Below the pieces are notes generated by a model. That model made no database searches and was not told the origin of the DNA. It saw only the letters and a program-made list of their open reading frames with translations. A program made the position numbers and the translations under genes. Source: an uncultured archaeon (GTDB lineage Archaea; Iainarchaeota; Iainarchaeia; Iainarchaeales; 0-14-0-20-30-16). From it: 32,000 nt of DNA. The stretch covers positions 1 to 32,000 of the forward strand of contig CAYZSS010000001.1 of NCBI GenBank assembly GCA_964480435.1. Direction: 5' to 3'. Below, piece after piece: positions 18,723-27,127 of this stretch. Within the stretch, counting starts at the first letter, position 1. Every line of letters begins with the position of its first letter.

Positions 18723-19829
18723 CTAATATGTGGGTCTAATTTTTCTAATATATAATAACAATCCAATTAAACACAGAGGAAGTAAAACAACATATAAAAA
18801 TATTATTACTGGTGGAGTCAAAGGTAAAGATGAAAATAGAGACACCCCCCCACCCATAGGAATATTTCTTATGGTTCCAAGTATTGCAAGCATAACAGGA
18901 ATAACAATTCCAACAAAAATATATATTACCCCAATGAAATTCATTTTTCCTGCAAATGATTCCAAAGTCAGCCTTATTTCGAAAGAAACATCTTTTGCAG
19001 TAGTATTCAGAATATCGGAAAGATTACCACCGGATTTTAAAGCTCTTAAAATGTGATTTATTGTATTTCTTAAAGAAAATGATTTTGTTCTGTATGCTAA
19101 ATTTTTCAAAGCATCTTTAGTATCTGCTCCTTGTTCAACTTCATTTATTACTCTTGCCATCTCTTCTGATAAATAACCATATTCTCCAACGGCAATAGTT
19201 TGCAAAACCCTATACAACCCTATCCCCGCTCTTAGTTCAGTTGCCATATGTCTTAATGCAAAAGGAAGTTCGGCATCTATTTTTTTTCCCCTATTGTTAG
19301 CAACCATTACAGGGTACTTCAGGACAATAACTCCAGAAAAAAATAAAACTGCAAAAAATACAGCTATTAAGAGATACATCGATATATTAAACCAAAAAAA
19401 CAAAACGCCTGCAGAAGCAGTAATAAATATTGTTGCCAAAACTGTAATTACAGATGATATCGCCAAGTATTGTGATGTGCTGTAATTTATATTAGCGCTG
19501 TTTAACTCTTGGCTTACTTCATTACGCCCAGGAAAAACAGCTAAAACCTTTTTTGCAAAAAAAGAAAAGAATGATGAAAATAAATTATAAATTTTTCCTA
19601 CCAATCTTACATTATTGTTATAATCGGCAGCAAGATCTCTTGGTTTTTGAACTTCTATTTGGGCTCTTTTTCCTTCAGAAATTATAGACCTTAATTCTTG
19701 CAATCTTAATGAGTCTATTTCCGAATTTAATCCTTTTTCTTCATATTTGTGCTTGATATTTGCGACAATAGACTCCACTTGATCCAAGTTGACCTTCTGT
19801 TGCATCTTGTCGTTTAAATCAAAACTCAT
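18723..19829 (-). CDS. type IV pilus platform protein, single T2SSF domain (TadB/EpdJ-like)
   Basis: 368 aa. T2SSF-like segment LPFALRHMATELRAGIGLYRVLQTI...TKDALKNLA...ILRALKSGGNLSDILN flanked by TM helices. Confidence 0.8.
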   Translation of the reverse strand: MSFDLNDKMQQKVNLDQVESIVANIKHKYEEKGLNSEIDSLRLQELRSIISEGKRAQIEVQKPRDLAADYNNNVRLVGKIYNLFSSFFSFFAKKVLAVFPGRNEVSQELNSANINYSTSQYLAISSVITVLATIFITASAGVLFFWFNISMYLLIAVFFAVLFFSGVIVLKYPVMVANNRGKKIDAELPFALRHMATELRAGIGLYRVLQTIAVGEYGYLSEEMARVINEVEQGADTKDALKNLAYRTKSFSLRNTINHILRALKSGGNLSDILNTTAKDVSFEIRLTLESFAGKMNFIGVIYIFVGIVIPVMLAILGTIRNIPMGGGVSLFSSLPLTPPVIIFLYVVLLPLCLIGLLLYIRKIRPTY

Positions 19830-19869
19830 TAAATCACTTCATTTTCATATACAAAATAAAACATACTTT

Positions 19870-21522
19870 TCATTCTTCTTGCATTTCATAATATTTTTGA
19901 AGTTCCAAAGAAACTTCTTTTTGTGTTTTCAAATTTGAATCCAATAATGTTTTTAGGAATACAGCCCTATTAGAAACTTCCTTTGTAACTTGTAACAGTG
20001 TCTTTCCTGAAAAAGTTGCAATTTTTTTCAAATATCTTGACGGTACGGAAGTATCTTGTAGTTTATCTTCTTTAGGATCCCATTCAAATATTTTTTGTAT
20101 TTGTATTTTATTTTCTAAAACACCACTTACTTCTGCGATTTCAGTAATTCTTCTTATGGTACCTTTTCTTTTATCGTGTATTCTTTGCTGAACAAGAACA
20201 ATATCCAATCCAGAAAGCATTACCTGAGGCACATCCATCGGTGGAGAAGTAACTCTTATTATTGTTTCTTGTGCTGAATTTGCGTGTACAGTCCCCATAC
20301 AACCATCGTGCCCAGTATTCATGGCAGTAAATAAAGCCAATGCTTCTTTGTGTCTTACTTCACCAACAATTATTCTATCAGGTCTCATCCTCAAAGCATT
20401 TTTTGTTAAAATATCCAAGTCTATTTCTCCTGTACCTTCAATTCCAGGGGGTCTTGCCTCCAATCTTATCCAATGTGTTAAAGGAAGATTTAACTCAGCA
20501 GTGTCTTCAATAGTAATTATTCTTTCTCTTTGCGGAATAAAACTAGACAACACATTCAAAGTAGTTGTTTTTCCTGAACCAGTACCACCCGCAATCAAAA
20601 TATTTGCTGGTTTAACATCAAGACCATCAACACAAAGCCACAAAAATGCAGCTGTCTGAAGATCAGTTGTGCCGTTGTTTATTAAATCTAAAATTGTATA
20701 TGGCTCCTTTCTAAATTTTCTTATTGTAAGGGTAGATCCTGATACAGATACAGGGGGTATGGTTGCATTAATTCTTGAACCATCGCTTAATCTTGCATCA
20801 AGTAAAGGCTGAGAATAATCTATTCTTCTTCCAGTATATCTTGCAATTCTAGAAATTAAGTCAATTATATCTTTATCTTCATAAAAAACAATATTAGTAG
20901 TCATTATTTCATATTCTCTATGAAATACATATACTGGTTTTTTTGGACCAATGATCATAATTTCTTCCAGTTTATCATCTCGTAATAGAGCATCGATTAT
21001 TCCAAAGCCAACCATTTCAGTTACTACTGCATTAGCATAAAAACTTTGTTTTCCTTCTGCAATTTTTAATTCAGGGGAAGAAGTAATAATTTCTAGCACC
21101 TTTTGGAAATAAACATTTCTTCTTTGCTGTTCATCCCTTATCTTATAAGGAGCAATATTAATCAGCCTTGTTGCAGCCTCTTTAATTGTATTTATTATTA
21201 TTTGTTCCCCACTTGATGCTTTAGGTACAGGAACTTCATAATGAAGTATAGGGTGGTTTTCTACTTTGTATATTTTTACAGTATCATATGAGGCAATTAA
21301 TTTTTTATTTGCAGTTTCTAAATCTTCAAATTTGATAGGGGGAAGAGCATCAGGAGAAGGTATTTTTGAAGGGTTTTCTTTGCTATTGCCGGTAAAAAGG
21401 TTATTTTCTTTTGTTTCTTCTTTTTCTTTGCCACTTTCTTTTTCTTCTTTATTTTCTTTATTTTCTTTAGCCTCTTTACTCTCTTTATCACCTTTATTGA
21501 AAAGATTATCTACAAATACCAT
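19870..21522 (-). CDS. type II/IV secretion family ATPase (TadA/EpdL/FlaI-like pilus assembly ATPase)
   Basis: Walker A AGGTGSGKTTTLN, Walker B-like RIITIEDTAEL, His-box GHDGCMGTVHANS. The N-terminus has a K/E-rich low-complexity extension. The ORF track gives a GTG at 21531; the ATG at 21522 follows GGTGG. Confidence 0.9.
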   Translation of the reverse strand: MVFVDNLFNKGDKESKEAKENKENKEEKESGKEKEETKENNLFTGNSKENPSKIPSPDALPPIKFEDLETANKKLIASYDTVKIYKVENHPILHYEVPVPKASSGEQIIINTIKEAATRLINIAPYKIRDEQQRRNVYFQKVLEIITSSPELKIAEGKQSFYANAVVTEMVGFGIIDALLRDDKLEEIMIIGPKKPVYVFHREYEIMTTNIVFYEDKDIIDLISRIARYTGRRIDYSQPLLDARLSDGSRINATIPPVSVSGSTLTIRKFRKEPYTILDLINNGTTDLQTAAFLWLCVDGLDVKPANILIAGGTGSGKTTTLNVLSSFIPQRERIITIEDTAELNLPLTHWIRLEARPPGIEGTGEIDLDILTKNALRMRPDRIIVGEVRHKEALALFTAMNTGHDGCMGTVHANSAQETIIRVTSPPMDVPQVMLSGLDIVLVQQRIHDKRKGTIRRITEIAEVSGVLENKIQIQKIFEWDPKEDKLQDTSVPSRYLKKIATFSGKTLLQVTKEVSNRAVFLKTLLDSNLKTQKEVSLELQKYYEMQEE

Positions 21523-21630
21523 TTCGCCCACCCAATTATAATTAGATACAACATAACTAAATCATTATAAATAACTTATATTAATATATAAATGTTATAG
21601 TTGTTGTATTAATATAACGGAGGTAATACT

Positions 21631-22014
21631 ATGGCGAAAAAAACAGAAAACGCAAAGTCAAATTATGGTAATAGGGTCGCAGTATCTATACTTGCTTATT
21701 TACTTATAGGGATAATATGGTATTTTGTTGATGAAGATGCAAAAAAAGACAGCATTACAAGATTCCATGTTAAACAAGGTTTGGTTCTGCTGATATTTTC
21801 AATCATTTATAGCATAGTGGTTTCGATCATTGTTACTATATTGGCCACAATATTTATTTTCATACCAGGTGTTGGACTTGCACTAATAATGGTTTTCAAC
21901 CTGCTTTACTTAATCCCATTGATATTAATGATCATAGGAATAGTAAATGCTGCAGGAGAAAAAGAAACAGAGTTGCCAATAATTGGAAAATTTGGAAATA
22001 AATTAAATCTATAA
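21631..22014 (+). CDS. small membrane protein (DUF4870-like pattern)
   Basis: 127 aa with 3 TM helices, the motif RFHVKQGLVLLIF and a C-terminal ELPIIGKFG. SD GGAGGT lies 6 nt upstream of the ATG. Confidence 0.55.
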   Translation: MAKKTENAKSNYGNRVAVSILAYLLIGIIWYFVDEDAKKDSITRFHVKQGLVLLIFSIIYSIVVSIIVTILATIFIFIPGVGLALIMVFNLLYLIPLILMIIGIVNAAGEKETELPIIGKFGNKLNL

Positions 22015-22021
22015 AAAAAGC

Positions 22022-22039
22022 AGGGGTTCGAAAACCCCT
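22022..22039. terminator. bidirectional hairpin terminator between convergent genes
   Basis: Perfect 7-bp GC-rich stem AGGGGTT-CGAA-AACCCCT, preceded by an A-run (A7 then G, C) and followed by TTTTTTATTTTTT. It lies in the 35-nt gap between the stops at 22014 (+) and 22050 (-). Confidence 0.55.
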
Positions 22040-22049
22040 TTTTTATTTT

Positions 22050-22226
22050 TTATTTTTTACCTTTTTTCTTAACAGCCTTCTTAGTTGCTTTCTTTACTAC
22101 TTTCTTAACAGTTTTTTTTACTGCTTTCTTTACTGTTTTCTTTACTACTTTTGGTTTAGCTACTTTCTTAACAGTTTTCTTTACTGTTTTTGGCTTAGCT
22201 ACTTTTTTCTTTTTTACTGCTGGCAA
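22050..22226 (-). CDS. 58-aa lysine-rich tandem-repeat protein (KKxV repeats; histone-H1-tail-like / nucleic-acid-binding candidate)
   Basis: Not in the ORF track because it is under 60 aa. TTG start at 22226 with SD GGAGG 8 nt upstream; TAA stop at 22050-22052. Translation: MPAVKKKKVAKPKTVKKTVKKVAKPKVVKKTVKKAVKKTVKKVVKKATKKAVKKKGKK. The two 39-nt repeat units differ mostly at synonymous positions. Confidence 0.6.
   Translation of the reverse strand: MPAVKKKKVAKPKTVKKTVKKVAKPKVVKKTVKKAVKKTVKKVVKKATKKAVKKKGKK
22125..22202 (-). repeat. 2 x 39-nt tandem repeat (13-aa units VAKPK[T/V]VKKTVKK) within a 12-nt KKxV periodic array
   Basis: Unit 1 (22164-22202) and unit 2 (22125-22163) differ at 4 codons. 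Three of those are synonymous (AAG/AAA, ACT/ACA, GTT/GTA). Confidence 0.6.
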
Positions 22227-22643
22227 AACTTTCCCCTCCTTTTCTTTTAAAAATTGTTTGTTTGCAAAATACCCGCAAACTTTTTTTACTAAAAAATTAT
22301 ACAGAAAATAAAAACAAATTATATATAAATGTTTGCAAGATTTTTGCTTTTTTTGCTCAGTTTTTTTTAGTTTTTATTTTTTTTATTTTATAGAATTAGT
22401 TTTTATAAATGATTTTTTAAAATTCATCGGCCAAATTAATTTTTATTTTTGGAGCTCAAGTTTTATTTTGCTTACCCCTAATTTAGAAACAGTAAATAAA
22501 ATTTATTTTTTGAAATCAAATAACAGTTTTAGTTCTTGCATCAACCTTTCTGTTATTTTTTGTTTATTATAATTAATAGTCTCACAAAAAATAACTACAA
22601 CCATTAATAGACATGAAAACCAACAACACAAAAATAAAAATAA

Positions 22644-23606
22644 TTATTTATTCAGATAAAAGTTAGCAAGCATTGCTTCTATTTGAATTCTTTCTGTTGC
22701 ACCTTGTGTTATTCTAAAATTAGTTTCTCCAATTACCTTTATTAATTCTATTTTGTGCTCTAGTTTTATTTTTGAGTCATCACACTTTATTAATTCAGTA
22801 TATACTTGCCCAACAATATCTTCGCCAGACATGCCATAATCAAACATAAGTTTGTAAAGCAGTTCTCTTGCTTTTTTAAAGTCACCAGAGTAAGACGCAA
22901 AAATTAATTCGCCTATCTCTTCTGGTCTCGCTCTTGCGCTTACTTTAAACACATCTTCGCTTTTTATTTTTGTTTCAAGTGATGCGGTTGATTGTAAAAT
23001 ATTTATTGCCTTTCTTAGATCACCTTGGGAAACATAAAACAAAGAGTCTAAAGAACCCTTTTCAAAGTCTAGTTCTTCTATTTTTCCAATTTCTTCAAGT
23101 TTACTTATTATTGTATCCTTCTCTAAAGGCTTAAATCTAAATACAACACATCTGCTTTGTATTGGCTCAATAATTCTACTTGAATAATTACATGACAAAA
23201 TAAAACGACTAGTTTTTACATATCTTTCCATTGTTCTTCTCAAAGCTTGTTGAGCATCAGCAGTAAGAGAGTCAGCTTCATCCAAAAAAATAAGTTTATA
23301 GTCTGAGTTAAAAGGTAGAGTTCTTGCAAACTCTTTTATTGTATTTCTTACTACATCAATACCTCTATCATCAGATGCATTCAATTCTAAAAAATTTCTA
23401 TCGTAATGTTCTCCAAAAAGATCTTTTGCCAAAGCAATAGCTGAACTTGTTTTCCCAATTCCAGCAGAACCAGTAAACAGCATATTTGGGACCCGGTTTA
23501 GCTTGACATAGCTTCTTAACCTGTCTATTATAGATACGTGCCCAACCACATCAGCCAAAGAGTCAGGCCTATATTTTTCGATCCATGGCAAGTTTTCTTT
23601 ATCCAT
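22644..23606 (-). CDS. rfcS: replication factor C small subunit
   Basis: PWIEKYRP box, Walker A GSAGIGKTS, Walker B FLDEADSLT, SRC motif QSRCVVFRF. The ORF track's TTG at 23624 adds MCFYHI; the ATG at 23606 (MDKENLPWIEKYRP) is the likely start. Confidence 0.92.
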   Translation of the reverse strand: MDKENLPWIEKYRPDSLADVVGHVSIIDRLRSYVKLNRVPNMLFTGSAGIGKTSSAIALAKDLFGEHYDRNFLELNASDDRGIDVVRNTIKEFARTLPFNSDYKLIFLDEADSLTADAQQALRRTMERYVKTSRFILSCNYSSRIIEPIQSRCVVFRFKPLEKDTIISKLEEIGKIEELDFEKGSLDSLFYVSQGDLRKAINILQSTASLETKIKSEDVFKVSARARPEEIGELIFASYSGDFKKARELLYKLMFDYGMSGEDIVGQVYTELIKCDDSKIKLEHKIELIKVIGETNFRITQGATERIQIEAMLANFYLNK

Positions 23607-23736
23607 AATATGATAAAAACACAATATTATTAAAAAGAAAATGCTCTTTGTTTTATATTACCAAAAAAGTGCCTAAAGGTATTTTAGGATTTCAAAATTA
23701 GGGATCAAATTTTAAAATAAAAAAAGAGGGAAAAAT

Positions 23737-24147
23737 ATGTATTTATATGCTATATTCGGAATAATTGTTGCTTATGTTGTGTCAGCAGTACTAAGTATTA
23801 CTAATATTACTAGTAAAATGGGCAGTGTTTTGTACTATACTATGCCTTTGATTGGTTTTCTATTGATATATGTTATATTTATATTTATAGAGAAAGCAGT
23901 TGACTTTAATTTCAAAGAGCCCTACATCGGTTTAATCCTAATTGTTTTTTTATTTTTAGGATTCTACCTAGCATTCTTAATATATTATGGGCAAAGCGCA
24001 ATATTTTCAAGCGTTACCTTTGCACAAGTATTTAGTCAAATTAAGATAAACTGGATCAAATATATGACAGCAACCCCCTATATTTATTTCATTATAGGAT
24101 CTTTCTTTGGTTGGGCAGCATATGCAATAGATAAAAACAAAAATTAA
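23737..24147 (+). CDS. hypothetical 4-TM membrane protein
   Basis: 136-aa hydrophobic ORF with about 4 predicted helices. A GAGGGA motif lies upstream of the ATG. I recognise no family. Confidence 0.5.
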   Translation: MYLYAIFGIIVAYVVSAVLSITNITSKMGSVLYYTMPLIGFLLIYVIFIFIEKAVDFNFKEPYIGLILIVFLFLGFYLAFLIYYGQSAIFSSVTFAQVFSQIKINWIKYMTATPYIYFIIGSFFGWAAYAIDKNKN

Positions 24148-24167
24148 ATAAAAAAGGCAGTGATAAA

Positions 24168-26342
24168 ATGGAATATGCAAGAGTAGATGAAATTATTATT
24201 AAAGTAAAAGAAGCCGACCCAAGTTTATTAGGCAGAAACATTATCACCTTAGATGGTTCAAGCAAAGAAAGATTAAGATTATCTGCAGGGGATTTTGTTT
24301 CTATAAAAGGACAGAAAGAAACCGTTGCACAAGTATGGCCAACTCGTTCCATTGATGAACCCGAGGCATTTATTAGAATGGATAGCCTGATAAGACAAAA
24401 TGCAAAAGTAGGCATTGGAGATACTGTACTAATTAAAAAAGCAGTTGTAAAAGAAGGACACAAAATAATTCTAGCACCAACACAAATTATAAAATTACCT
24501 CCCAATAATAACTTTGCAAGAATTGCAAAAAAACAATACTTAGGACGAGCTTTAAGCGCAGGGGACAGAATACATTTGTCTTTATTTGGAAACCCAATGC
24601 AATATTTTGTTACAAAAACTAACCCCCCTGGGTTTGTATCAGTAAGTGATTCTACTATTTTTGAACTTCTTGAAACACCCATTACTCTGGAAAATGCCGA
24701 AATTTCAAAAATAGGATATAACAGAATAGGAGGTTTAGGAAAACAATTAAATAAAGTAAGAGAAATGATTGAACTTCCGTTAAAGCACCCAGAAATATTT
24801 GAAAAAATGGGGGTTAGCCCGCCAAAAGGAATTTTATTTTTTGGACCACCTGGAACAGGAAAAACTTTATTAGCCAGGGCAATTGCTAATGAAACAAATG
24901 CAAATTTTACTATAATAAACGGACCAGAAATTATGAGTAAATATGTTGGTGGTGCTGAAGAAAAACTAAGAACAATTTTTAAAGAAGCAGAGGAAAATGC
25001 CCCCGCAATTATTTTTATTGATGAGATAGATGCAATTGCAACAAATAGAGACAATTCAGAAAGTGAAACAGGCCGAAGAGTTGTTGGACAATTACTTAGT
25101 TTAATGGATGGATTGCAAGCAAGAGGAGATATAATTGTTATTGCTGCAACAAATAGAGCTAACTCTATAGATCCCGCATTAAGAAGACCAGGAAGGTTTG
25201 ATAGAGAACTACATATTAATGCACCAGACAAAGATGGTAGAAGAGAAATATTTGATATCCATACAGCTGGGGTTCCTCTTGCAAAGGATGTTAATTTAGA
25301 TACTTTGGCAAAAAAAACTCACGGATTTGTTGGAGCAGATATTGCTGCCCTAATTAAAGAATCTGCAATGCAAGCTATTAGGCGAATACTTCCAAAAATC
25401 GATATGGAAGAAGAAACAATACCAAAAGAAATTTTAGACAGCTTAGAAATAATCATGCAAGATTGTGATAATGCTCTGCTTGAAGTACACCCTTCCGCAT
25501 TAAGAGAAGTAATGATTGAAGTGCCAAATGTATCTTGGGAAGATATTGGTGGCTTAGAAGAAGTCAAAGAACAATTAAAAAAAGGTGTTGAATGGCCTTT
25601 ACAACATTCAGAATCATTCAGCAAAATGGGTATTAGCCCAATAAAAGGGATATTATTATATGGCCCTCCTGGAACGGGAAAAACAATGCTAGCAAAAGCA
25701 GTTGCAAGAAAAAGCGAAGCAAATTTTATTAGCGTAAGAGGTCCAGAATTATTTAGTAAATGGGTTGGAGATAGTGAAAAAGCACTAAGAGAAATATTTA
25801 CAAAAGCAAGACAAACAAGCCCTTGTGTGATATTTTTTGATGAAATAGATGCCTTAGCCCCAAGAAGAGACCAAATAGCGGATGGTGGGGTAAGTGCAAG
25901 ACTAGTTAACCAACTTCTTGTTGAGTTAGATGGTCTGTCCGAGCTTAAAGGAGTTGTACTAATTGCTGCAACAAATAGACCGGATATTATTGATCCTGCT
26001 TTATTAAGACCAGGAAGATTTGATAATATTATTTTTGTTCCACCACCTGATTTAGAATCAAGAAGAGAAATAATAAAAAAGGTTTCAAAAGATATGCCTT
26101 TATCAAAAGAAGCTGAAGAATTTTTAGATACTCTTGCAGAAAAAATAGACACCTATTCAGGGGCAGACATAAATTCATTACTAAGAGAATCCGCGCTAAT
26201 TTCTTTGGACAGATCAAAGATGAAAGACACCAAGGTCGGAGTAGAAGACATTAAAGCAGGGCTAAAAAAAATACGGCCTAGTCTTACAAAAGAAGTAGTA
26301 AATGAATATAAAAAATTTGAGAAAAATATAAATCTCAATTAA
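24168..26342 (+). CDS. cdc48: CDC48/VCP-like AAA+ ATPase (two AAA domains)
   Basis: 724 aa. CDC48 N-domain-like start (RLRLSAGDFVSIKG). Two Walker A motifs GPPGTGKT and two Walker B motifs (IIFIDEID, VIFFDEID). Second-region-of-homology motifs ATNRANSIDPALRRPGRFD and ATNRPDIIDPALLRPGRFD. Confidence 0.93.
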   Translation: MEYARVDEIIIKVKEADPSLLGRNIITLDGSSKERLRLSAGDFVSIKGQKETVAQVWPTRSIDEPEAFIRMDSLIRQNAKVGIGDTVLIKKAVVKEGHKIILAPTQIIKLPPNNNFARIAKKQYLGRALSAGDRIHLSLFGNPMQYFVTKTNPPGFVSVSDSTIFELLETPITLENAEISKIGYNRIGGLGKQLNKVREMIELPLKHPEIFEKMGVSPPKGILFFGPPGTGKTLLARAIANETNANFTIINGPEIMSKYVGGAEEKLRTIFKEAEENAPAIIFIDEIDAIATNRDNSESETGRRVVGQLLSLMDGLQARGDIIVIAATNRANSIDPALRRPGRFDRELHINAPDKDGRREIFDIHTAGVPLAKDVNLDTLAKKTHGFVGADIAALIKESAMQAIRRILPKIDMEEETIPKEILDSLEIIMQDCDNALLEVHPSALREVMIEVPNVSWEDIGGLEEVKEQLKKGVEWPLQHSESFSKMGISPIKGILLYGPPGTGKTMLAKAVARKSEANFISVRGPELFSKWVGDSEKALREIFTKARQTSPCVIFFDEIDALAPRRDQIADGGVSARLVNQLLVELDGLSELKGVVLIAATNRPDIIDPALLRPGRFDNIIFVPPPDLESRREIIKKVSKDMPLSKEAEEFLDTLAEKIDTYSGADINSLLRESALISLDRSKMKDTKVGVEDIKAGLKKIRPSLTKEVVNEYKKFEKNINLN

Positions 26343-26706
26343 AGAAAAGAGCAACATCTTTTCCTATTTTTTCTTTTATTCTGTCTTGCATTTCTTGGAT
26401 TTGCGATTCAGTAAAGTCTTTCTCTGCAGATAATTTTAGACTTATACTTAAAACAGCGTCCTGAACCTCCAAGTCTATATCTTGTATAGTTAATAAAATA
26501 TTATTTTGAACAAAGTAAGTTTCGACTTCTGTTTTTATAATGCCTATATCAGAAATATCTTTGGTACTTCCAAAAGTAAAATAATAAAGGGTGCCAGCAA
26601 GCAAGATAATAATTATTGTCACAAAAAGAATTTCAAAACTTGATTGCCCTTTTTGATTTTTTTTATTATTTGCTTTATTCAATAACTTCTGCATATGTTT
26701 TCCCAT
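26335..26706 (-). CDS. pilin-like protein with class III signal peptide (minor pilin candidate)
   Basis: Leader ends in ...NQKG, followed by QSSFEILFVTIIIILLAGTLYYF (Q at +1, E at +5, hydrophobic helix). Its start overlaps the upstream pilin-like gene. Its stop overlaps the cdc48 stop by 8 nt in convergent orientation. Confidence 0.65.
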   Translation of the reverse strand: MGKHMQKLLNKANNKKNQKGQSSFEILFVTIIIILLAGTLYYFTFGSTKDISDIGIIKTEVETYFVQNNILLTIQDIDLEVQDAVLSISLKLSAEKDFTESQIQEMQDRIKEKIGKDVALFFN

Positions 26707-27127
26707 CTTGTTCTTTAAATATACTCACCAGATATTCTTTTTTTCCTAATAAAGTCATACCATCCGTATTTGCTAGCCCTGACAAATCAAAAGATTTTAT
26801 GCAAAGCCCATCAGCAGAACAGTATGCATTTTGTGGAGGATCTTTTAATGTTATTTTGTAAGTTAATGAATCTTGTAAAATGGTGATATTTGCATCTTCA
26901 GGGATAAATACAATTATTTGGGTTTTTGCAATAGACTCACTCAAAGAAACATATTCTATTGCTTCTTTTAAATTTTTTGCAGAGCCATCAATATATGCCA
27001 AACTAGAAATATCGCTTATAGAATCTTTTGCAGAATCAGAGAACGGGATTACTATTGTTTGCAATAAAATAAGAATTACCACAACAATCAAAATAAACTC
27101 AATGCTTAACTGACCTTTATTTCTCAT
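26675..27127 (-). CDS. pilin-like protein with class III signal peptide (minor pilin candidate)
   Basis: MRNKG followed by QLSIEFILIVVVILILL (Q +1, E +5). ATGA start/stop overlap with the upstream prepilin peptidase gene. Confidence 0.7.
   Translation of the reverse strand: MRNKGQLSIEFILIVVVILILLQTIVIPFSDSAKDSISDISSLAYIDGSAKNLKEAIEYVSLSESIAKTQIIVFIPEDANITILQDSLTYKITLKDPPQNAYCSADGLCIKSFDLSGLANTDGMTLLGKKEYLVSIFKEQDGKTYAEVIE

Noticed and set aside
17808-21531. Archaellum (fla) operon interpretation of the ATPase and membrane proteins
   Set aside because: The platform is split into two single-domain proteins. There is no FlaH, FlaF/G or FlaC/D/E, and the linked filament proteins are 49-61 aa mature mini-pilins with Q at +1 rather than archaellins. 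An Epd/Tad-like adhesion pilus fits better.
21266-21541. 91-aa plus-strand ORF rich in Ser/Leu/Phe
   Set aside because: It is antisense to the K/E-rich low-complexity N-terminus of the secretion ATPase. It is a compositional mirror image, not an independent gene.
22333-22572. 79-aa Phe-rich ORF in the long intergenic region
   Set aside because: The translation is simply T-tract DNA read as Phe, Ser and Leu. It has a TTG start, no SD and no hydrophobic-helix organisation. It is better explained as non-coding T-tract-rich DNA.
22227-22643. Replication origin hypothesis for the long AT-rich intergenic region next to rfcS
   Set aside because: There is no orc1/cdc6 gene in the window, and I could not identify ORB-like long inverted repeats flanking an unwinding element. 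The evidence is only AT-richness and T-tract phasing, so I kept it as a curved-DNA observation rather than an origin call.
24092-26152. Two very long antisense ORFs (379 aa at 24092-25231 and 277 aa at 25319-26152) opposite cdc48
   Set aside because: Their translations are S/L/I/P-rich low complexity with no motifs. The plus strand encodes an unmistakable two-domain AAA+ CDC48. These are shadow ORFs caused by the purine-rich codon pattern of the sense strand.
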